Assembly (NCBI GenBank): GCA_963788655.1
Contig: CAWBHS010000049.1
Location: 160,001 to 224,000 of the forward strand
From: an uncultured Verrucomicrobiae bacterium
Lineage (GTDB): Bacteria > Verrucomicrobiota > Verrucomicrobiia > Limisphaerales > JAFGQR01
Direction: 5' to 3'
Length of the DNA stretch: 64,000 nt
Under the pieces are notes generated by a model, which saw only the letters and a list, made by a program, of their open reading frames with translations, was not told the origin of the DNA and ran no database searches. This document shows positions 45,301 through 56,200 of the stretch, one piece after another. Every line of letters starts with the position of its first letter. Position 1 is the first letter of the stretch. Both the position numbers and the translations under genes were made by a program.

Positions 45301-48300
45301 GCCAACGAAAACCAGCAATTGGAATTGACGGCCTTCTCGACCGACCAAGCGCGGCTCAAGGTCGCCAACTTCAGTTACAGCAGTCCTCAGCCTACGGGCC
45401 TCTTCAAGATTGATCCCAACGATCAAGCGTTCGGAATTTACACGGTAACGGTCCTCATTACCGAAAATCAGCCCACCACCAACAATGTGGTCAGCCGACA
45501 ATTCGATGTCTATGTCCGCGATCAAGCCAACTCGGTCCCGACCATTTCGGCGCTGGCCAATCAAACCATTGCCGAAGACACCTCGACCGTTCCGGTAGTG
45601 TTCACCGTCGGCGACCAACAGACGGCGGCCAGCCAATTGATGCTGGTGGGCAAGTCGTCAAATCACGGCTTGGTGGCCGATGACCACATCGTGTTTGGCG
45701 GCACTGGCGCCAATCGCACCGTGACGGTCACGCCGCTGGCGAACCAATCCGGCACGGCCATCATCAGTGTGTTGGTGGTGGATGAAGGATTCGGCATGGC
45801 TTTACGCACCTTCCAACTTACGGTGAATCCCGTGAACGACGCGCCGACAATCTCGCCCATTCCCGGCGCAAACCGCCCCCATCGGCTTCCCCACGCGCGT
45901 CATTCCCTTCACGGTTGGCGACCTCGAAACCGACGAGACCCGCCTGGTCGTGACCGCCAGTTCCTCGAATCCGACGCTGGTGCCCAACGCCAACGTGCAA
46001 TTGGGCGGCAGCGGCCCCGACCGGGCCTTGCGGGTGGTACCGGCGTTGCGAGAGGCAGGCTCCGCGCTCATCACGTTGACGGTGAACGATGGCAGCCTGA
46101 ACAGTCAGGAGTCCTTTGAAGTGGCCTTCCTGCCGCTGGATGAAGTGCCGGTTACGGCAATTCCGGTGATCGCGCCAATTGCCAATCAAGCCGTCCTCGA
46201 AGACACCCCAATCACGATCGCGGTCACAGTCAGCGACGCGGACACCGATCCGGCGCTACTCACGGTCGCCGGGCATTCGGACAATCCCGCGCTGGTGCCC
46301 GCCGGTAACATTTCCTTCAGTGGCTCGGGCGCCAGCCGCACGCTGACGATTGTGCCGGCCACCAATGAATTTGGCACCGCGCGAATTTTCCTGACCGTCA
46401 GCGACGGTGTGAACCAGGGCCGCGGCAACTTCTTGCTGACGGTCAACCCGGTCAATGACTTCCCGACTGTGGATCCGCTGCCGGATATCGCCATGGATTC
46501 CCGGGAGGCCGATCGGTTGGTCAGCGTAACCGGCATCACCGCGGGAGCGCCGAATGAATATTCAACGCTCAATTTTACGGCGACTTCAAGCGTCCCGGCG
46601 ATGGTCCAAACCAAGAATTTCCACTACACGAGTCCGCAAAGTTACGCTGACTTCAAAATCAATCCGGCCGACAAAGCCCTGGGCATCTATCCCATTACCC
46701 TGGTTGTCTGGGAAAACTCACCGGCCAGCAATAATCTCGTGCTACAATCGTTTGACCTCTACGTGCGAGACCGCAACAACTCGGCGCCAACCATCGCGTT
46801 GCTGCCGAATCAGATCATTGCGGAGGACACCTCCACCGGCCCAATCCCCTTCACCGTGGGCGACACGGAGTCCGCGGCCAACACGTTGATTTGCACGGGC
46901 AAGTCTTCCAATCCAGCGCTGGTCCCCAATGGCAACATCGTCTTTGGCGGCAGTGGCGCCAGCCGGACGGTGACCGTCACTCCCTTGCCGCATCAGTTCG
47001 GCCGGGCCACCATCACCGTCCTGGTCGTCGATCCGGGCTTCGGCATGACGTCCACCACCTTCCTGCTCACCGTGACGCCCGTGAACAGCGCGCCGTTCAT
47101 TTCGAATCTCGTCGATCGGACGGTGATGGAAAACGAAGCGACGGCGACGTTGCCCTTCACCGTTGGCGATACCGAAACCTCGGCGGACCGACTTGTGGTG
47201 AGCGCGACTTCGTCCAATCCGACCCTGGTGCCGGCGGCGAACATTCAACTGGGCGGTACCGGTGCCAGCAGGGCTCTGCGCGTGCAACCCGTGTCCCAAC
47301 AAAGCGGCAGCGCGACGATCACGGTGACCGTCAGTGACGGCGTGGCCACCGCGCAGGACAGCTTCGTCCTGACCGTTACCCCGGTGGAAGACGCGCCGGC
47401 CATTTCCAGCATCGCGGACCAAACGACCGACGAAGACACGCCCACGGCTCCCATCGCGTTTGTGGTCAGCGATTTTGAAACGCCCGCGGCTAATCTGGCC
47501 TTGAGTGCGTTTTCCTCTGACGCGGGCTTGGTGCCGGCGGCCAACATTGTCTTCGGCGGCAGCGGTTCGAGCCGGACCGTGACCGTAACGCCGGCGCCCG
47601 ACCAGTCCGGCAACGTGCAGCTCACCATCACTGTGACCGACGAAGATGGCATGTCCGCCAGCAGCAGTTTCGTGCTGACGGTCAACCCGATAAACGATCC
47701 ACCCACCCTTGATCCGCTGGCAGACCTGGAACTAAACGTCGGTGCCGGCGAACAGACCATTGCCTTGACCGGCATCAGTTCAGGCGGCGCCAGCGAAGCT
47801 CAAATCCTGACGGTTGCGGTGGTTTCCAGTAATCCGTCACTCACTTCGCCGCCCACGGTGGAATATGCTCCGGGTGACACGTCCGGTACCTTGCGCTTTA
47901 CCCCGGCGCCCGACGCGGAAGGGACAGCCGTGCTGACGGTGACGGTCAACGACGGACAGGCTGCCAACCACTCCATCAGCCAGATCTTCAGCGTGACGAT
48001 CAGCCAATTGGTCGCCATTTCGGACGTTGGCAATCAGGTGATGGACGAGGACGCCATCGGCACGATTCCGTTTACCGTGAACAACGGGATGGGCAATCCA
48101 GACGACCTGACGGTCACGGCGGTAGCTTCAAATCCGAACCTGCTGGCGGCAACGCAGATTGTCCTGGGAGGTTCCGGCGCCGATCGCACCCTCACCCTGG
48201 CTCCGGCTCACAACCAATACGGTTACACCACCCTCACTTTGACCGCGACCGATTTGAACGGTTACTCCGCCAGCCGCAGTTTCCTGCTCCTGGTCAATCC

Positions 48301-50011
48301 GCTCAACGACGCGCCAACGCTCGATCCCATACCGGATTTGGGGCTCGCCGAAGACGCCGGGCAGCAGATCGTCCAGTTGACCGGCATTGGCTCCGGTGCA
48401 TCCAATGAAAACCAGCCGCTGGTCGTCCGCGCCGTTTCCAGCAATCCCGCGTTGGTGCCGCATCCCACGGTGAACTACACGAGTCCGAATGCGTTCGGCT
48501 TCCTGACGTTTGTCCCGGCAGCAGACGTCACCGGCACAGCCACCATCACAGTGACGGTCAACGATCTTCAATCGCAGAACAATCTGACGGCGGTGCAGTT
48601 CGAAGTCACCGTCACCGGCGAAAACGATCCGCCCGTCATTTCGGAAATTGTGGACCAGGTGACGTCCGAAGACACCGTCAAGGTCGTCGCTTTCAATGTC
48701 CACGATTCGGATAATGCCGCCACTGACTTGACGGTAGCCGCGGTCTCGGTCAACACCGAACTGGTGCCGAACGCCAACCTGACCATCACCGGCACCGACG
48801 CCAACCGCTTCCTGCAAATTACACCAGCCCCAAATCAGACCGGCACGGCGGCCATTGCCGTCACTGTTACTGACCCGGCCGGAGCCACAGCGAGTGCTCA
48901 GTTCAACTTAACTGTGGAAGCCAATGGTGACCTACCCGTCATTTCTGCCATTCCTGACCAAACCATTGCGGAAGACGCGGTCGCCGGACCGCTGGATTTC
49001 ACCGTCAGTGACGTGGAGACCGCGACTGAAAACCTGGTCCTCACTGGCCATTCGTTGAATCCTCGCCTGGTGCCCGATGAAAATATCGTCTTCGGCGGCG
49101 TTGGCGGCAGTCGGACCGTGACCGTCACCCCCGCTGCCGACGAGTCGGGCTCGACCTTGATCACTGTGACCGTGACCGACGAATCGGGCAGCGCGGCTAG
49201 TTCAAGTTTTCTGCTCACTGTTTCGCCGGTAAATGATCCGCCGACGATCGAGGGTCCGACCGATCAAACCATGGACGAAGATACGACTGCCGTCGTCGAA
49301 TTTACCGTGAACGATTCCGAAACTCCGGCGGAGGTGTTGCTGGTCACGGTTACCTCCTCGAATCCATCCCTCGTTCCTGAACCGCAGTTGGTTCTCGGCG
49401 GCACCGGCGCCCTTCGCACGGTCAGCATCTCGCCCTTGCCCGACCAATTCGGCTCGGCCACGATTACGCTCACCGTCAAGGATGCCGCGGGCACGACAGC
49501 TCAGGCTTCCTTCGCGCTTACGGTCAACAACCGTTCCGATCTGCCCCTGATCGTGACCCAGCCACAAGCTCAGACCACGACCCTGGGCGGCACGGCCACG
49601 TTTACGGTGACCGCCACTGGTGCCGCGAACCTGCAATACCAATGGCGCCACCAGGGCGTGGAATTGCCGGGCCAAACGGCCGCTACATTGGTGTTGAACA
49701 ACGTTCAAGCGGGTGATGCGGGCGAGTATTCGGTAATCGTCACCAGCGTGGAAGGTTCGGTGACCAGCGACTCGGCGCAATTGCTGATTCTGGTACGACC
49801 CGAATTGGTGCAGATCACGCACGCGGCCAATACGACCCAGGTTTCCTTCACAACCGAGACGGGACACGCTTATACCGTCGAATACACCACTTCCTTGACG
49901 AATCCGGTGTGGACTCCGCTGAGCAGCGGCGTCGCCAGCAGCCAGCTCATGAGTGTTACCGATCCGGAAGCCGTGGAGACGACGCGGTTCTATCGGGTTC
50001 GGGCTGACTAG
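27302..50011 (+). CDS. Giant secreted adhesin-like protein 1 (~7,570 aa after repairing 5 single-base indels): DUF11, 2 P-domains, many Ig, 4 GEVED, cadherin-like repeats, HYR-like, lectin-like inserts, C-terminal FYR domain
   Basis: Six overlapping ORFs join mid-domain at ~31776, 36360, 40250, 45152 and 45863. Only the first has a signal peptide; only the last has the terminal RFYRVRAD. Confidence 0.88.
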
Positions 50012-50087
50012 AAATTGTCACCCAGGCCGGCCCGGCGAATTTGAACTTTCCGCCCTGACGGCCGTCCATTGGTTGTTCCCACGACTG

Positions 50088-50116
50088 TTGGACATTTAAG
50101 CAGTTTACGATATTAT
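50088..50116 (+). promoter_or_regulatory. Candidate sigma70 promoter for giant gene 2
   Basis: TTGGAC, 17 nt, TATTAT within an AT-rich patch. Confidence 0.5.
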
Positions 50117-50285
50117 ATAACAATCATTGGCCATCACCGCCCGGGAAGAGGGTTTTTTGCGCCCCTTTCGGAGGCGGTGGGCTGTTGCTTCGCCTGGCGA
50201 ACCGCGGCCTTACGATCAGGTTTGAGCGGTAAGCCACGCGGCGAGCAATCGAATTTAGAGCGCATGTTAATCAGTTGTTCCAACC

Positions 50286-53200
50286 ATGAAAAAACGTACG
50301 ATGAATCCTCTCGCGAGGCGGCGTGATTCAGCAGGCTTTAAGGTGTTGTCCTTGGTTCTCCTCCTGGCGTGGGCGGCCCATCCCGACCAGGCCAACGCCG
50401 GCACCATCAAACCGACCCCGGTCGCGGTCACCCGAAGCCGGACGGTCCGGTTGAGCACCCTGGAGAAATCGGCGGCCAGCAACTCTCTCAGAACCGTCAC
50501 CCGCGAAACTAAAATGTCTCGCGCCGGCACGCCGCCCAAAGCCCCCCGTCAGCTCTTGAACGCGACTCACCCGGCTGGATCGGTCAGTGGTTTTGCCCCC
50601 AGCAGCGGGGGCCCGGATTTGCCCACGGCAATGAGCTCATTGGAATTGCCGCTGACTCCGTTTCCGTCCGCTTCCTTTGAGGCGTTGCCGGATGACGGCA
50701 CGGCCTACGTGCCGGACATCGCGGCCGCGGTGGGCCCCGCGCATTTAATGGTTGCGTTAAACTCCCAAGTACGGATCCAGAACCGGCAAGGCCAGCCGCT
50801 CGGTCCGGTTTCGCTCGACGATTTCTGGGCCGGCTTGGGCAATCCTTCCTGCTCCCAGCCGCGGCTGCTATACGATCCTTATGGGCAACGTTGGGTCTTC
50901 ATTGCCAATGCCAATCCCGGCGAAACCAACGCCGGTCTGGTGGTGGCGGTCAGTCAGACCACCGATCCCACCGGCAACTGGTATCAACACTTCATTTCCA
51001 CGACCACCCCGGTGGATGTCTATGCCGACTGGCCCACCCTGGGATTTAACAAGGACTGGATTGCCGTGCAGGCCAACATGTTTTACCGGGCGACTGACGA
51101 GTTCTATTCCTCTTACGTTTATGCGTTGAACAAGACCAACCTATACGCGGGCCACGACGGTCAACCGCTACGTTTCGCCCTGCTGGAGACTCCGGACGAC
51201 TATCCAGGCGGTTCCCAAATGCCGGCTTACACCTATGACGAAGACTCGGACAAACTCTATTTTGTGCAGTCCGCGTTTGGGGATGATGGCACGGGTTTTG
51301 GTGCGCTGCGCATTTTCAGCCTCGAAGGCTCCCCTCCCAACGCTCCCGTTTTTAACACCACTGACAGCCGGGGCGATCTGGGCCCCGTGGCGTACAGTTC
51401 AGATACTTGGAGCGAAACGCCGCCAACGGGAGTGGATAATTTCGCTCCCCAGCTGGATCTTCCACAAAACTCTCCACTGGCGACGATGATCGCATTCAAA
51501 AGGTCATCTTACCGGGCCAATACACTCTGGGCGGTTCACACCGTTTATGTGCCGGCCGGTGGCGCCCCCGATCGGGCGATCGTCCAGTGGTGGACGCTGA
51601 CCCCGACCCTCGGGGATGTCTTGGAACAAGGCCGCGTGGACGCCGGTCCAAACGATCGCTTCTTTACCTTTCCGAGCATAGCCGTAAATCGAGATTTCGA
51701 TTTGATGATCGGTTATTCGCGGTTCGACCGATCCCATTATCCCAGCGCGGGCTACGTGTTCAGCGGAGGAGGGGATCCGCCCGGTTCAACCCGGGGTGAC
51801 CACACCATCCGCTATGGCGAGGCCCCGTACGCGGTTACCAATTCTTCCGGCGTGAACCTGTGGGGCACCTACAGTGCGACCGTTCTCGATCCCCTGAACG
51901 ACACCGAATTCTGGACGGTGCAGGAATTCGCTGCCCTTCCCGATGCCGACGGTGATCATTGGAAAACGTGGTGGGCGCGCATCTCCCCGGACGTGGATCT
52001 GGCCGTCACCATTCAGGATTCGCCCGATCCTGTGTATGCCGGCGCCGAACTGACCTATACCATCATCGTAACCAATACCCTCCCACGACAATCCCCCGGC
52101 GTGGTGGTCACGCACACCTGTCCCCCAATTCCACATTCGTTTCGGCTGCGGTGCCAGGCGGCAGTTACACCGTTGCCAATGGCGTGGTCACCTGCAACGT
52201 GGGCCTGCTGGGCGATCTCGACGAGCGCGAAATCACCGTGGTGATCCGTCCCGCAACGCAGGGTCAAATTACCAGTACCGTCACCGTGTCAGCAAACGGA
52301 GCGGACCTGAATTCCGACGACAACTCCGCCTCGGCCATAACCACCGTGCAACCATCCGCCGACCTCGCTGTGTCCGTGGTTGATTCGCCGGACCCGGTGG
52401 CCGTCGGCCAGGACCTCACTTACACGGTGACGGTTACCAATCGCGGCCCTGCCATCGCCACCGGAGTGACGCTCACGGACACGCTCCCCGCCAACGCCAC
52501 CTATGTGTCCAGCGTCGCGAGTCAAGGGGCGTGCAGCCGAAACGGCAATCTCGTGACTTGCAATCTCGGCAATATCAACAATGGCGCACTGGCCACGGTG
52601 ACCATCGTGGTGCGTCCCACCGCCTTGGGAACGCTTAACAATCAGGCGCAAGTCACCGCCACCTCGATGGATCTGGTTGCGAGCAACAACACCGCCACCA
52701 GCACCACGCAGGTCAATTCCCCGCCCACCATTTCGTCCATCGGACCGCGGACCATCAACGAGGACACGGCCCTCAGTGCCGTGCCGTTTACCGTGGGCGA
52801 CTCGGAAACCCCCGCCAGCGCGCTCGTCGTTACCGCGTTCTCCTCGAATCCACTTTTGGTTCCCAACGGCAATTTGGGGGTGGGTGGTAGTAGTGCCAAT
52901 CGCACCTTGACGGCGACGCCATTGCCAAACCAATTCGGCACCACCACGATTTCGGTCGTGGTCACCGATACCGGCGGAGCTACCGCCACCAACAGTTTTC
53001 TATTGACCGTCATGTCGGTGAACGACCTGCCAACCATTACCGACATCGTCAACCAAACCATTGATGAAGACACCACCTTGGCTCCGGTGGCGTTTGTGGT
53101 GGGCGACGTCGAAACCGCTCCGGGCAGCTTGTTTGTCTCGGCCACGTCGTCGGATACTACGCTGGTCCCCAACGCGAACATCACCCTGACCGTCAACGGC

Positions 53201-56200
53201 GCCAACCGCACGATCAGCATTTTGCCCGCGTCGAATCGCAACGGCACCACCGTGATCACGGTGACTGTGTTCGACGGCACTGCGGCCAACAATGATACCT
53301 TTGTCCTCACCGTCCGGCCGGTAAATGATCCCCCCACCATCTCATCTCTCTCCAATCGCACCGTCAATGAAGACACGCCCACGGGTAATATCTCGTTTAC
53401 CATTTCCGATCCCGAGACCGCTGCGGGCAACCTGATTTTGACCGGCACTTCGAGCAACAAGACCTTGGTGCCGGATAACCAGATTGTCTTCGGTGGGAGC
53501 GGCGGCAACCGCACCGTCAATGTTATCCCCGCCAGCAATGAATCGGGCACCACCGTGATCACGTTGAGTGTCCGCGACCCGGAGGGCTTATCGACCAATG
53601 CCACGTTCACGCTCAACGTCACCGCTGTGAACGATCCGCCGACGATCGACAACCTCGTCAATCGCATCATCAACGAAGACGGCGGCCAGCAAACCATCAA
53701 CTTGTCCGGTATTTCCAGCGGTGCGGCCAATGAACACCAAACCCTCACCGTCACCGCGAGCTCGAGCAATCCTGGCCTGATTCCCAATCCCGCCGTCAGT
53801 TATGCCAGCCCCAACGCGACCGGCACGTTGACTTTCACCCCGACTGCGAATCTCTACGGCAGCGCCATCATCACTGTTACCGTCCAGGACGGCGGGGCGC
53901 TGAACGGTTCAACGGTCAAGACCTTCACGGTGACCGTGGTGCCGGTCAACGATCCGCCAACATTGAACACGATTGCCGATGTGAACCTCCTGGAGGACGC
54001 GGGCGCTCAAGCGGTTCCTTTCAACGGCGTCAGTTCCGGCGCGTCCAACGAATCGCAAACGTTGAATGTGACCGCGACTTCCAGCGATCCCACCATCATC
54101 CCGCATCCCAATGTCGTCTTCCAATCACCCAACAGCTCCGGCGTATCGAGTTTCACCCCGGTGGCCAATGCTTTTGGCACCGTAACCATTACGGTGACGG
54201 TGAATGATCAGGGAGCTTCCAACAATGTGGCCACCCAGACATTTCACGTCACCGTGGCGCCGGTCAACGATTTCCCCACGTTGACCGCCCTGGGCAATGT
54301 CACAGTGGACGAAGATAGCGGCGAAGACACGGTCAATCTGTCCGGGATCACCAGTGGTGCCTTGAACGAGAATCAAACCCTGACCGTCACCGCCACGTCG
54401 GGTAACTTCGGTCTGATTCCGTCGCCGACCGTGGTTTATGTCAGCCCCGGGGCCGCCGGCAGCCTGAAGTTCACCCCGGCACTCAACCAATCCGGCACCG
54501 CGACCATCACCGTTACGGTCAACGACAACGGCGCCTCCAACAACCTGGTCACTCGCAACTTCACCGTCACGGTGAATCCGGTCAACGATCCGCCGACGCT
54601 CAATCCGATTGCCGACGTCATTATCGCCGAAGACTCGGGCACGCGCCTGGTGCAATTCAATGGTGTCTCCAGCGGTGCCCCTAACGAAAGCCAGACCTTG
54701 AACGTTACGGCCACCTCGAGCAATCCCGCCATCATCCCCGATCCCGCAGTGTCCTACACCAGCCCGAATGCCAATGGCACCCTCTCGTTCGCTCCCCGCC
54801 CCAATACCAGCGGGATGGTGACCATCACGGTAACCGTCAATGATGGCGGCACGGCCCATAATCTTTTTAGTCGCTCGTTCACGGTGACGGTCAGCAACGT
54901 CAACGATCCGCCCACCATTACCAGCGTTCCCGATCAAACGATCGACGAGGACACTTCCACAGCGGCTTTGCCGGTGACGATCGGCGACCAGGAAACCCCA
55001 GCCAGCGCGCTGACATTTATTGCCAGTTCCTCCAACGAAGAATTGATCAGCAGCCAGGACATTCTGCTCCAGGGTTCCGGCAGCAACCGGACCGTCACCG
55101 TCCGCCCCCTGACCAACCAGTTCGGGTTCGCCACTGTTTCCCTGTTGGTCTTTGATGCTGGCGGCGCCTACAATTTCACCGCCTTCAACGTGACCGTTCT
55201 GCCGGTCAACGACCTGCCCACCATCAGTTCATTGGCCGACCAAACTGTTGCCGAAGGTGAGTCCGCCGGCCCCCTGGCCCTGACTGTGAGTGACGTGGAA
55301 ACCCCGGTGGGTAACTTGACGCTCAGCGGCACTGCGGCCAATCCGACATTAGTGCCTTCCGCCAACATCACCTTCACCGGCAGCGGCGCCAACCGGTTGG
55401 TGACCATCCGGCCCGCGGCCAACCAGTTCGGGGTCACCACGGTCACCCTCCGGGTCAACGACGGCTTCGACACGGTCGGCACGATGTTTACGCTGACCGT
55501 CAAAGGCGTTAATGTGCCCCCCACGATCACCAGCCTCGCCAATCAAACGACGGACGAAGATGTGCCGACCAACCCGTTAGGCTTCACCATCGGTGATCGA
55601 GAAACGCCGGCGACCGACTTGACCCTCAAGGCCAACTCTTCGAATCCCACGCTTATCCCCTCGAGCGGCATCGTGTTTGGCGGCTCGGGCAGCAACCGCA
55701 CCATTACGATCAAACCCGCCACCAACCAATTCGGTTCCGCCACGATTATCCTGAGCGTCGAAGACAACGAACCGGTCTGGACTTCCGTCACCAACATTCC
55801 CAACATCAACGGGAATCAGCAGTACGTTACCGTGACGGCCTCCAAGCGTATGCAAGTATTTCGGCTGGCCTCCACGGTCGGCGCTGCCTCGCCCCCGCGG
55901 CTGAGCATCCAACCAAATGGATCCGACCTCAGAATTTCGTGGCCGTATCCGGCAAGTGGCTGGGTGCTCGAAACGGCTCGCACCGTCGGCGCTCACAACA
56001 CGACCAAGTTCCAGGTGACGGTTAATCCGATCAACGACCTGCCGGTCATCACCGTCCCAGCCGCTTTGGCCATCGCTGAAGATGGCGCCACCTCGCTGTT
56101 GCCCTTCACGATTGGTGACGTGGAAACCCCGGCCGCCAATCTGACTGTTGCCGCCGTTTCTTCCAATCCCACTCTGGTTCCGGCCGGCGGCATTGCGGTG

